Shown in pieces: positions 46,767-58,100 of a stretch of 64,000 nt of DNA. The notes beneath the pieces are model-generated. The model was not told the DNA's origin and made no database searches. It was given only the letters and a program-made list of their open reading frames with translations. The position numbers and the translations under genes were made by a program. The stretch is from an uncultured Holophagales bacterium. Lineage in GTDB: Bacteria > Acidobacteriota > Thermoanaerobaculia > Multivoradales > UBA5704. Position 1 is the stretch's first letter; each line of letters begins with the position of its first letter. The stretch covers positions 1,504,001-1,568,000 of the forward strand of contig CAWJGT010000003.1 of NCBI GenBank assembly GCA_963842525.1, in the 5' to 3' direction.

Positions 46767-49700
46767 GCCATCCCCCTGGCTTTTGCCAGCAGCCGGTCCA
46801 GGCTCTCCTGGGACAGCCCCGCCTCGGGGAAGTCCAGGGGCGAAAAGGCCTCCTTGTGCGTCGAGGGGGGTGCGGTGTCGGCCGCCTCCGGGACGGCCGG
46901 CTTTTCGAGGGCGCGGGCGAGAGCCGCGATGGTCTGGTGCCGGAAGAGCTGCTCGGGCGTGATGCCGAGGCCGCGGGCCGCCGCTTGGGCGGCAAGCTGG
47001 ATACCCACCACCGAGTCCCCACCCAGATCAAAGAAATTGTCGTGGATGCCCACCCGCTCGAGCCCCAGCACCGTCTGCCAGACGTCGGCGAGGGCGGACT
47101 CGATCGATGTCCCGGGTGCGGCATAGTCGGTCTCCAGCTCCGGCCGGGAGAACCGCCGCGCCTCGGCGGGGGGCTCCGCCCGGCGCGCTGCCTCCCTGCG
47201 CAGCGCGTTGATGGCCGCCGGGAGGTCCGTGGGGGAGATCGCGACCTGGGCGAAGCGCCCGCGGGAGAGGGCGCGCCGGAAGGCGTCGACTCCCTCCGCG
47301 GGCGCGATCCAGAGGTGGTTCCCGGCGGGAGTCCGGGGCCGGGCCGCTCCGGGGCCGGCGGCGCCGGCCGCGACGCGCTTCAGGGTGAAGCCGTCGATGT
47401 CCACCAGTACCCGCCCGTCGTCGTCGAGCAGGGTCACGTCGAAGCGCAGGGTTTCACCGGCGGTGCGGACGTGCGCGTGGATGCGGCCGGGGAGTGGCTC
47501 CAGCACCGCCACCCGGTCGTAGGAGTGCGGGAGCATGGCTCCGTCTCCTGTCAGGGAGGCGCCGGCGGCGGTCGCCACGTCGAGCAACGCGGGGTGGAGG
47601 GCGAGGCCGTCCAGGTCGCCCGCGTGCTCGGCCGGCAGCTCCAGGGTGACGAGCGCCTCGGAGGTCCCCAGGCTCGCCCTCTGGAAGCTCTGCCAGCGCG
47701 CGCCCCAGGAGACCACGCCCGCGGCCACTGAGGAGACATTGCCCTGGGCCTCGATGTCGCGGACGCCGCAGCGGGCGCGGAGGGCCAGGATGTCGAGCCG
47801 GGCCGGCGCCGCGCCGTCGAGCGGACGCAGCCGGCCGTGGGCGTGCTCCTGCCAGGCGGCGCCGGCGCCGGTGCGGCTCGCGATCCGGAATCGCGTCTCC
47901 CCCGTCTCCGCGACACTGGGCTCCAGGGTGGTACGCACCTCCCGCGCGTCGCCATCGACGATCAGGAGCGGCCCGGTGAAAGCGACGTCGCGGATCTCGA
48001 CTTGCCGCACGCCGGTCGCGTCGGCAAAGGCCGCCCGCGCCATCTCCAGGTAGGTGGTGCCAGGGAGGGTCGGCGTGCCGAGTAGGCGGTGCTCGGCGAG
48101 GACCCAGTGCCGCGAGGGCGAGAAGTGGGTCTCGTAGACCGCTCCGCCGCCGTTCTCCGTGCCCAGGCGGCGATCGAGGAATGGATGGACCGGCGCCTCC
48201 GGCGGCGCGGGAGCGGCGGACCGGGCCGTCGCGTCGACCGCCATGCCGACCTCCCGCCAGGCCCCCCAGCCCAGGGACACCGCCCGGATGCCGCGCTCCG
48301 CGGCGAGATGACGGGCGAAGGCGTCGAGGAAGCTGTTGGCGGCGCAGTAGTCCACCTGGCCCACACCGCCTGTCAGGGCATAGGTCGAGGAGCAGAAGAC
48401 CAGCAGGTCCAGCGGCTCGCCAGCCAGGACGTTCGCCAGCACCCGCGCGCCGCGCATCTTGGGGGCCAGCACGCGCGCCGCCGCCTCGGCGGTCTTGAGC
48501 TGGATGACTCCGCCACCCGGCACGCCCGCCGCATGGATGGCACCCTGGAGGGGACCAAAGCGTTCGCGTGTCCGCAGGACCACGTCGCGCATGGCCGCCT
48601 CGTCCGTCACATCGGCCGCCAGCGCGAGCACCTCGGCTCCCAGCGCCTCCAGCTCCTGGATCGCCGGGTGGTCCGGCCCGCGCAGCGCTCGGCCGGTCAG
48701 CACCAGACGGGCGCGGAACGACCGCGCCAGCTCGCGAGCCAGAGTCAGGCCGAGGCCGCCCAGGCCGCCGGTGATCAGGTAGACGCCGCGCTCGCGCAGC
48801 GGCAGGCGCGCCGGATCGGCGGCCGGCAGCCGCACGGGATCGAAGCGCTCCACCCAGCGCTCGTCGCCCCGCCACGCCACTACGGCCGCGTCCGCGGGCG
48901 CGAACGCCTCGTTGATCAGGATCTCTGCCAGCCTCTCGCGGGAGGCGTCGTCCCACGGGGCCTCCACGTCCACGGCTGCGCAGCCCAGATTCGGGTGCTC
49001 CAGCGGCAGGACCCGGACCGGACCCAGGACGGTCGCCTGGTCCGGGGCGAGCACCACCTCCCGGCCCACGGCCTGCAGCCCGCAGGTGACGACCCGCAGC
49101 TCGGCGCGCCCGGGGAGACGGCCCAGCTCCTGCGCCAGGCCGAGGAGGCCGTGGAAGATCTCCTCGCCGTCCGGCCCGGTCTCCCCAAGGCACCCGAGAT
49201 GGACGATCCGGTCGGCCTCGCCCCCCTTCTCGGCGATCGTGTGTCCCTGCTCGCGCAGGCGGCGGGCCATGACCTCGGCGAGACCACCGCCGTCCCCGAG
49301 CAGCAGCCAGCGCAACGGCCCGGCCTCCGGCTCCGGCGGCACCGACCGCTGCCAGGACGGAAGGTAGAACCAGTCGGAGATCTCCTTGCGCACATCGGGC
49401 CGCGCCGCGCCCGGCACGCTCTCGGGCCGCCGGTCGATCCAATAGCGCTGCCGCTCGAAGGGATAGGACGGCAGCTCGACCCTCCGGCGGGCGGTACCGG
49501 CATGGAAGCCCTGCCAGTCGATCTCCACCCCGGCGAGCCAGAGCCGGCCCACGGCGCCGGTCAGGAACCGGCCGTCGGGCTCGGCCTCCTTCGGGTGCGG
49601 CAGCGAGCGCACCACCGCCTGGCTCGCCGGGCGGTCGGGGCTCTGCCGCGCGAAGGAGGCCAGCGCCTGCCCGGGGCCGACCTCCAGCAGCACCGCCTCG

Positions 49701-52096
49701 GGCTCGGCGGCCAGGGTCCGCAGGCCGTCGCCGAAGCGCACTGTGCCGCGCAGTTGGCGGGCCCAGTAGCGCGGGTCGATCGCCTCCTCGGCGGTGATCC
49801 AGCCGCCGGTCAGGTTGGAGACGAAGGGGATCTCGGGCGGGCGCCGCCGGACGGCGGCCACGCGCGCCTCGAACGGGGCCAGGACCGGCTCCATCATCGG
49901 CGAATGGAAGGCGTGCGAGGTGTGAAGGGACCGGCAGGCGACCCCGCGGCCGGCGAGCTCCGCGGCCAGGGCCTCGACCGCCTCGCGCGGACCGGAGACG
50001 ACCGCGCGGCCGGGGCCATTGACCGCCGCCAGGGCCAGGCCGGGGCCAAGGAGGGGTGCGATCTCCTCCTCGGGCACCGGCACCGAGAGCATGGCGCCGG
50101 GGGGCATGGACTGCATCAGCCGACCGCGCTCCGCCACCAGGGCCAGGGCGTCCTCCAGGGAGAAGACGCCGGCCAGGCAGGCGGCCACGAACTCGCCGAC
50201 GCTGTGGCCGAGCAGGGCCCGCGGGCGTACACCCCATTCCATCCAGAGGCCGGCCAGGGAGTGCTCGACGACGAAGAGCGCCGGCTGGGCCAGGGCGGTC
50301 TGCTCCAGGCGGCGGGCAGCGTCCTCCTCCTGCCCCGGCCGCGGATAGAGCACCTCGCGCAGGTCCAGGCCCAGGAGGGGGCGCAGGATCTCGCAGCAGC
50401 GGTCCACCGCCCGGCGGAAAGAAGCCTCGGTTTCGTAGACCTCCCGGGCCATGCCGGGGTGCTGCGAGCCCTGACCGGGGAACAGGAAGACGGCCGGCCG
50501 CGCGTTTTTCTCCTGGCGCGCCGTGGCGAAGAGATCGGAATCCCCGGCCTCCAGGGCCGCGGAGGCCTCCTCGGGCGAGCGGCAGACGAGGGCTCCCCGG
50601 TGCCGCAGACGCCGGCGTCCCACTTGAAGCGTCCAGGCGGCATCAGCCAGGGGCAACTCTGGATGCCGGTGCAGGTGCTCGGCCAGGCGGGTCCGGGCTG
50701 CCGCCAGGGCGGTCGCCGTGTGGGCCGAGAGGACTAGGAGCTGCCAGGGCCGCGCCGGAGGGGGCGACGGCTCGCGGGCCGGCGGCTCCTCCACGATGAC
50801 ATGCGCGTTGGTGCCGCCGACGCCGAACGAGCTGACCCCCGCCCGCAGCGGTATGCCGCCGGCGTTCCACTCGCGCAGCCGGTCGTTGACGAAGAACGGG
50901 CTGCTCGCGAAATCGATCAGCGGGTTGGGCCGCTCGAAGTGGAGGCTCGGCGGGATCTGCCGGTGCCGGAGGGAGAGCACCGTCTTGATCAGGCCGGTCA
51001 CGCCGGCGGCCGAGCGCAGGTGACCGACGTTGGTCTTGGCCGACCCGAGGGCGCAGAAGCCGCTCTTGTCCGTGCCGGCGCGGAACGCCCGCGTCAGGGC
51101 CGCCACCTCGATAGGGTCCCCCATCGAGGTTCCCGTGCCGTGCGCCTCGACATAGGTGATCGTCTCGGGGCCAACCTCGGCCTGGAGGTGGGCAGTGCGG
51201 ACGACCTGGTATTGCCCTTCGCCTCCCGGCGCGCTGTAGCCCGCCTTCTGCGAGCCATCGTTGTTGACCGCCGAGCCCCGGATCACGGCATGGATCAGGT
51301 CGCCGTCGGCGAGAGCATCCGGCAGGCGCTTCAGCACCACCAGGCCGATGCCGCTGCCGAAGACCGTCCCCTGGGCACGCGCGTCGAAGGCCCGGCAGTG
51401 GCCGTCGGGAGAGTGGATGCCTCCCTCGGCGGCCCTATACCCCGATTTCGCCGGCAGCTTGAGCGAGACGCCGCCGGCCAGGGCCATGTCGCACTCGCCG
51501 GAGAGCAGGGCCTGGCAGGCGAGGTGGACGGCCACCAGGGAGGTCGAGCAGGCCGACTGGACCGTGAGGCTCGGGCCGCGCAGGCTCAGCTTGTAGGAGG
51601 TCCGGGTCGCCAGGTAGTCCTTGTCGCTGGACACCTCGAGCTGGAAGGCGCCGGCCGTCTCGATGACCTCGGGCTGGGAGAAGAGGTTGTGCAGATAGGT
51701 GTTCATCTCCACGCCGGCGTAGAGGCCCACCAGCCCCGGGTAGCGCTCGCTGTCGTAGCCGGCCCGCTCGAGGGCCTCCCAGGCGGTCTCCAGGAACAGG
51801 CGGTGCTGCGGGTCCAGCAGGCGCGCTTCGTGCGGCGGGATGTCGAACAGGGCGGCGTCGAAGAGCTCGACGCCTTCGAGCACCGACGCAGCCGGCACGT
51901 AGCCCGGCCGGGCGAGCTGGGCCGGGCTGACGCCCGCCTCCAGCAGCTCCTGCTCGGTGAAGAAGGAGATCGACTCGACCCCGTTCTTCAGGTTCTCCCA
52001 GAGCTGCTCGACGGAGGGGGCTCCCGGGAAGCGGCCCGCCAGGCCGATCACGGCCACCTCGGCGCCAGTGCGCTCGTCTGCGTCGCCTCGTTCCAT
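46763..52096 (-). CDS. Type I cis-AT PKS module (~1777 aa): KS-AT(malonyl)-KR with inserted DH-ACP-COM-like tail
   Basis: ORF 46763..52111, with the ATG at 52096 preceded by AGGAAGAG. KS motifs SACSTS, HGTGT, NVGH. AT motifs GHSVG and HAFHS. KR motifs ITGGLGGLG and YCAAN. DH motifs HRLLGTPTLPG and HPALLD. ACP FFDLGGDS. Confidence 0.93.
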   Translation of the reverse strand: MERGDADERTGAEVAVIGLAGRFPGAPSVEQLWENLKNGVESISFFTEQELLEAGVSPAQLARPGYVPAASVLEGVELFDAALFDIPPHEARLLDPQHRLFLETAWEALERAGYDSERYPGLVGLYAGVEMNTYLHNLFSQPEVIETAGAFQLEVSSDKDYLATRTSYKLSLRGPSLTVQSACSTSLVAVHLACQALLSGECDMALAGGVSLKLPAKSGYRAAEGGIHSPDGHCRAFDARAQGTVFGSGIGLVVLKRLPDALADGDLIHAVIRGSAVNNDGSQKAGYSAPGGEGQYQVVRTAHLQAEVGPETITYVEAHGTGTSMGDPIEVAALTRAFRAGTDKSGFCALGSAKTNVGHLRSAAGVTGLIKTVLSLRHRQIPPSLHFERPNPLIDFASSPFFVNDRLREWNAGGIPLRAGVSSFGVGGTNAHVIVEEPPAREPSPPPARPWQLLVLSAHTATALAAARTRLAEHLHRHPELPLADAAWTLQVGRRRLRHRGALVCRSPEEASAALEAGDSDLFATARQEKNARPAVFLFPGQGSQHPGMAREVYETEASFRRAVDRCCEILRPLLGLDLREVLYPRPGQEEDAARRLEQTALAQPALFVVEHSLAGLWMEWGVRPRALLGHSVGEFVAACLAGVFSLEDALALVAERGRLMQSMPPGAMLSVPVPEEEIAPLLGPGLALAAVNGPGRAVVSGPREAVEALAAELAGRGVACRSLHTSHAFHSPMMEPVLAPFEARVAAVRRRPPEIPFVSNLTGGWITAEEAIDPRYWARQLRGTVRFGDGLRTLAAEPEAVLLEVGPGQALASFARQSPDRPASQAVVRSLPHPKEAEPDGRFLTGAVGRLWLAGVEIDWQGFHAGTARRRVELPSYPFERQRYWIDRRPESVPGAARPDVRKEISDWFYLPSWQRSVPPEPEAGPLRWLLLGDGGGLAEVMARRLREQGHTIAEKGGEADRIVHLGCLGETGPDGEEIFHGLLGLAQELGRLPGRAELRVVTCGLQAVGREVVLAPDQATVLGPVRVLPLEHPNLGCAAVDVEAPWDDASRERLAEILINEAFAPADAAVVAWRGDERWVERFDPVRLPAADPARLPLRERGVYLITGGLGGLGLTLARELARSFRARLVLTGRALRGPDHPAIQELEALGAEVLALAADVTDEAAMRDVVLRTRERFGPLQGAIHAAGVPGGGVIQLKTAEAAARVLAPKMRGARVLANVLAGEPLDLLVFCSSTYALTGGVGQVDYCAANSFLDAFARHLAAERGIRAVSLGWGAWREVGMAVDATARSAAPAPPEAPVHPFLDRRLGTENGGGAVYETHFSPSRHWVLAEHRLLGTPTLPGTTYLEMARAAFADATGVRQVEIRDVAFTGPLLIVDGDAREVRTTLEPSVAETGETRFRIASRTGAGAAWQEHAHGRLRPLDGAAPARLDILALRARCGVRDIEAQGNVSSVAAGVVSWGARWQSFQRASLGTSEALVTLELPAEHAGDLDGLALHPALLDVATAAGASLTGDGAMLPHSYDRVAVLEPLPGRIHAHVRTAGETLRFDVTLLDDDGRVLVDIDGFTLKRVAAGAAGPGAARPRTPAGNHLWIAPAEGVDAFRRALSRGRFAQVAISPTDLPAAINALRREAARRAEPPAEARRFSRPELETDYAAPGTSIESALADVWQTVLGLERVGIHDNFFDLGGDSVVGIQLAAQAAARGLGITPEQLFRHQTIAALARALEKPAVPEAADTAPPSTHKEAFSPLDFPEAGLSQESLDRLLAKARGMA

Positions 52097-52114
52097 CGTC
52101 TCTTCCTGCACTTC

Positions 52115-55100
52115 CTAACCCCTCGCCCGCTGTGCCTTCTGCAGGCGCTGCCGGCGGAAGTCCCGGCCCTCGCGGAGCTTTTCGGATCGATCGGGCTCCG
52201 GGCGGGACGCAGCCGGTCCTGCTTCCGGTTTCGCGATCCCCGAACCGATCAGATGCCGCGCAAGCAGGCCCACGCTCGGGTGGTTGAACATCTCGACCAG
52301 GGAGATCTCCCGGTCGAGCGCCTGGTACAGCGCGTTGTGGAAGCGGACCACGTGCACCGACGTGGCGCCGAGGTCGAAGAAGTTGTCGTCTACGCCCACC
52401 CGCGGCAGCCCGAGCACCTCGGTCACCACGCCGGCGAGGACCCGCTCCAGCTCCGTCTCCGGCGCCACGTAGGGCCGGGTGGCCGGCTTCGCTTCCGCCT
52501 GTAGCGCATCCGGAGGCGGCAGGGCCTTGCGGTCGACCTTGCCGTTGAGGCTCAAGGGGATCTCCTCCAGACGCACGAAGTGGGCGGGCACCATGTACTC
52601 GGGGAGCCGGCCGTGCAGGTGCTCCCGCAGGTCGGCGAGGACCTCGCGCTCCGGCCGCGGGGCCGGCGGCGGCGCGCCCTCCGGTCCGAGCAGGCGCACC
52701 AGCTCGCGGTCTTGGGCCGCTTCGGCCTGGAAGGCGGCGAGCCCGGTCTGGCCAGCGGCGAGCCGGCCGCCCAGGATCGCGTGTACCAGCTCGTGGCTCT
52801 CATCCAGGCCGAAGTGCCTCCGGACCTCGCCGAAGCGGACACCGCCCACCTGCGACAGGCCGATCCGGCGCTCCGGCGCCGACATCTCCAGGAGCTGGGT
52901 CATCAGACCCGCCTCCAGGAGCGCGAAGTCCCGGGCGCGCTCGCCGTAGAGCGGCGCGATCGCAGCCATCCGCGCAATCAGGAAGACGGCGAACGCCGCC
53001 TCCTCGAAGGTCGCCCGGTTGACCGGGTCGTAGAGCGAAGCGTCGAGCCCGGCCCCGGCGAGCCGTGCCAGCCGGTGCTCCCGCGGGTCGTAGTAGTAGA
53101 TCCCCTCGTCCAGTGCTTCCACCCGGCCCGGCTTGATCCAGAGATGGGCCTGGACCGGGTAGAGGTTCCCCGCTGAGCCGTAGCGGAGCTTGGGGAACGG
53201 CGACCCTTCGACGTCCACCTGAAGGAGGCAGGAGAGGAACCCGGCGAGGTCGTCCAACGGGACGGGCTCGCGCAGGAACTTGCGGAAGCTGCGCCGCCGC
53301 AGGTAGCGGGCCTCCAGCTCCTCCGGCGTCAGCTCCGGCCGTTTCAGAGAGACGGTTGCGAAGTCTCCGAGGTCGCGGCGCAGGCCGTGGTGCTGGAGCT
53401 TGAAGCGCAGCCGCTCCACCGGATCGACCGGAGCCGCCGGAGCAGGGGGCTGCTCGTCGCGCAGGACGACCCAGGCGACGAGCTGTTTGGTCCCCTGGCG
53501 CTCCCCCACGGCATCGACGACCGCCGCGGCCACGGCCGGGTGGCGGGACAGGGCAGCCTCGATCTCGCCGAGCTCGATGCGGTGCCCCTGGACCTTCACC
53601 TGGAAGTCGTCGCGGCCGAGGAACTCGATGTTGCCGTCCGGCAGCAGGCGCCCGAGGTCGCCGGTACGATAGAGCCGTTCGCCGGTCCGCGGATGGACGA
53701 TAAAAGCGGCGGCGGTCTTCTTCTCGTCGCGCCAGTACCCCCGGGCCAGGCCGGCGCCGCCGATATAGAGGTGCCCCAAGACCCAGACCGGCCGCGGCTC
53801 CAGCTCCTCGTCGAGCACATGGAACCGCTGGCTCGCCATGGCCTTGCCGTAGGGGATGCTCGCCCAGCCCGGCGCGACCTCGCCGATGGGATAGAGGATC
53901 GACCAGATCGACGCCTCGGTGGCGCCGCCCAGGCTGATCACACGGGCCCCTGGGAACGCCGCCCGTACGCGGTCCGGCAGGCGCAACGGGATCCAGTCGC
54001 CGGAGAGAAGGACCGCGCGCAGCGGGAAGCCCGGCACGTCCGGACGCCCCTCCCCGTACTCGACGAGCATCTCTATCAGGGCCGGCACGGTGTTCCAGAC
54101 CGTCACGCCGGTGCGCGCCGCGAGCTCGGCCCAGTGGGCAGGGTTGCGCTCCGTCCCGGGATCAGGTACGACCACGGCGCCGCCCGCCGCCAGCAGCCCG
54201 AAGAGGTCCCAGACCGAGAGGTCGAAGCTCAGCGAAGACAGGGCGAGGACCCGGTCGCCCGGGCCGGTCCCGAGCCGCTGGTTGACGTCCATCACGGTGT
54301 TGAGGGCGCCGCGGTGGTCGATCATCACTCCCTTGGGCTGGCCCGTGGAGCCGGAGGTGAAGATCACGTACGCCAGATCGCCGGGCCGCTGGATCGGCGG
54401 CAGCGGCTCGCCGCGCGCCGCAGAGAGCATCTCCGTGCACACGGCGATGGGCTCGACGCCGGGCGGCCCATCGAGATCGATTCCGCTCTGCGTCAGCGCG
54501 ATCGACACCTCGCCGCTCTCCAGGAGGTGGCGGATCCGCTCGCGTGGCAGGCGGGCGTCGACCGGCAGGTAGGCGGCGCCGGCGCGGAGGATGGCGAGGA
54601 CCGCCAGCGCCTGCTCCCAGCCCTTGTCCATGACTACCGCGACCAGGGTGTCGGGGCGGGCGCCGAGGTGCCGCAGGCGGCGCGCCAGGGCCAGGGAGGC
54701 ACGGTCGAGCTCGCCGTAGGTGACCGTGCGGCGCGAGGTGATCACCGCCGGCGCGTCCGGGCGCCGCCGGGCCTGCACCAGGAACGGCTCGTGGAGGAGA
54801 CGGGACGGGACCGGAGCGTCCGTGGCGTTGGCCTCGGCGATCAGCGCCCGGTGGGCCGCGGGCAGCAGGTCGCAGACCGGCTCGCGCCAGGCCTCCTCCC
54901 CCTCCGCGAGGCGCTGCACCAGCCGGCCGTACGCCGCGAACATGTCGTCGAGCAGACCGGGCGGGAAGAGCTCCTCGACCGCGTCCCAGCTCCAGGCCAG
55001 GACGCCGCCGGACTCGGCCACCTGGTGGTCGAGCCAGACCTGGGGCGTCTGGGTGATGCTGTAGACCGTCTCGCCGTCGAAGGGGCTCTCCGTCTCCGCC

Positions 55101-58100
55101 TCGTCGCCGGTCCCGGCCTGGTTGAGGGTGCTGGTAAAGACCACGGGCATCAGGGTGCCCGGGCCGCCCTGGACGCGGGCCAGCTCGCGCAGCACGCGGA
55201 CGCCGCTGACCAGCCAGTTCTCCAGGTCGTCCCAGAGCCGGCCCTGGAGGCGGCGCGCCCGCTCCTCGAACGGCTCGCCGGGCAGCGGCTCGGAGGCGAG
55301 GAGGGTCAGCGAGGTGAAGTCGCCGACGATGCGGTCCACCTCGGGGTGGAGCGGCGGCCGGTTGAACAGGGTCAGGTTGAGGGTCAGCCGCGGGCTCTGG
55401 CTCCACGCCGCCAGCACCTGGGCGTAGGCCGCGGCCAGCAGGCTCGACGGCGTGAGAGCCACGCGGGCCGCCCGGACCTTGAGGCGCGACCAGGCGTCCC
55501 GCTCGAGGCTTGCCCGCCGGCGCACGAAGCGCGGCGCGGCAAGCGACGACGGGCTCTGCGCCAGCGGCAGGGCGGGCGAGGGGGGGAGGCTCGCGAGCCG
55601 GCCGCGCCAGTAGTGGAACGCCCGCCGGTACGCCTCCGTCTCGTGGAGGGCCGCCTCGGCCAGAACGCAATCGCGGAAGGAGAGCGTGAGCGGCTCGAGC
55701 TCCGTCCCGGGATCGGCATAGAGGAGCGCCAGCTCGCGCCCCAGGAGGCGGAAGCTCCAGGCGTCGCCGATCAGGAGGTCGAGGCTGACGTGCAGCCGCG
55801 TGCGGCCGCCGGGGAGCCGCGAGGCCGCGATCTCGAAGAGCGGCCAGCGGTCGCTGGGGAGGACCTGATGCGACAGGCGGCCGCGCACAGCTTCCAGGGC
55901 CTCCTCCTCCGCGGCGTTCGCCGCCTGCCGCAGGTCCACCACGCCGATCCGGTAGGGGGGCACCTCGGGAAGGATGCGCTGCCGGCCGTCGGGCTGGACC
56001 ACGGCCCGCAGCATGCTGTGGCGGTCGATGAGGCGCCGCAGGGCCGACTCCAGCCGGGCCAGGTCGAGCCCGCGGAGGTCCACTTCGAAGTAGATGTGGG
56101 TCGCGACCGAGCCCAGCTCCAGGGCGCCGCTGCGGCCGATCCAATACGCTTCCTGGACGTCGGTCAGCGGGAACGGGAGGTGCATCGAGGCCGGGTCGGG
56201 CACGAGGCGCGGCAGGGCCACGTCCGCCGGCTCACCTTCCGGCCGCGCAGCCACGGCAGCGGCAAGCCCGGCCACCGTCGGGTTTTCGAACAGCACCCGC
56301 AGCGGCAGATCGGCGCCGAAGTCCTGCTGGATCCGGTACATCAGCCGGGTGGCCAGGATGGAGTGGCCGCCGAGCTCGAAGAAGTTGTCCTGCGCGCCCA
56401 CCCGCTCCACGCCCAGGATGTCGCCCCAGAGTGCTGTCATCGACTCCTCCACCGGTCCCCGCGGCGCCACCCAATCCGCGGCGGCGGTCTCCCGGCGCGA
56501 GGGCGTCACCGCGCGGACGGTCCTGGCGGCCAGGGGCGCGAGCAGCGGCAGCTCCGAGAGGCGCTGCCCGGGATCGGCGGCGGCGCCGGCGAGCAGGGCT
56601 GCGAGCTGCGCGGCAAGGCGCTCGGCCGTGGTGCGGTCGAACAGGTCGGCGTTGTGCTCCAGGGAACCGGCGAGGCCGTCCTCCACCTCGGCGAAGGAGA
56701 GAAGCAGCTCCAACTTGGCCGCGCCGGTGGCGACCGGCTGCAGCGACAGGGCGAGCCCGGGGAGCTGGAGTCGCTGCGCCGGGGCGTTCTGCAGGATGAC
56801 CATCACCTGGAAGAGCGGCGGCCGGGCCAGATCGCGCGGCGGCTGCAGCTCCTCCACCAACTTCTCGAAGGGGAGGTCCTGGAGGGCGTAGGCATCGAGA
56901 GCGGCCTCGCGTACCCGGCCGAGCAGGGTGCGGAACGCCGGGTCGCCTGCGAGGTCGCCGCGCAACGGCAGGGTGTTGAGGAAGAGGCCGATCAGGTCCT
57001 CCACCTCCGGACGGTTGCGGCCGGCCACGGGTGTGCCCACCACCAGGTCGTCCTGGCCGCTCACGCGGTGGAGGAGGACCTGGAAGGCGGCGAGCAGCGC
57101 CATGAAAAGGCTCGCCCCCTCGCCACGGGCCAGAGCCAGGAGGTCCGCCGCCGCCCCGCGGTCCAGGCGGAAGGGCACGCTGCCACCGCGGAAGCTCTGT
57201 ACCGGCGGGTACGGACGGTCGGTGGAGAGGTCGAGGGCAACGGGGGCTCCGGCGAGGCGCGCGCGCCAGCGGTCCGCGAGCCGCGCTACCGTCTCAGGGG
57301 TCAGCCAGCGCCGTTGCCAGGCAGCGAAGTCGGCGTACTGGACCGGGAGCTCCGGCAGGGACGCGCTCCCGCCCTCCAGAGCCGCGGCATAGAAGGCCGA
57401 GAGCTCGCGTACGAAGATGCCGACCGACCAGGCGTCGCAGACGATGTGGTGCGCCACCAGGAGAACACCGTGCTCCCGCGCGCCGAGCCGGAACAGGGTT
57501 GCAAGCAGGAGCGGCCCGGCCGCGAGGTTGAACGGCCGCGCGGCCCCGGAGGCAGCCTGCCAGTCCAATTCGGCGTCGCGCCGGCCGGCCGGCAGGGCCG
57601 CCAGATCGACCATGGGCAGAGGAACCGCGGCGGCCGGCGCGATCACCTGCCGCGGCTCGCCCGCGACCGCCGGGAAGGTGGTGCGCAGGGCCTCATGGCG
57701 GCGGACCACCCTGGCCAGGGCCGCCGCCAGGGCCGTTGCATCGAGGCCGCCCTCCAGACGGAGGAGGGCTGGCAGGTTGTACGAGCCGCTCCGCTCCAGC
57801 CGGTCGAGGAACCAGAGCCGCTGCTGGGCGAAGGAGAGGGGGATCTCTCCGTCGCGCCCGGTGGGTACGACCGGCGGGGCCTCGGGGGCACGGCCGACCC
57901 GCATCGCGGAGGCGAGGCGGCCGGCGAGCCCGCGCACCGTGGGCCGTTCGAAGATCCAGCGCACCGGCGGCGTGACACCCAGGGCGCGCCCGGCGCGGGA
58001 GGCGATCCGTGTCGCCAGCAGAGAGTGCCCGCCCAGGGCGAAGAAGTCGTCGTCGATCCCCACGCGCCCGGCGCCCAGCACCTCGGCAAAGAGGCTGGCC

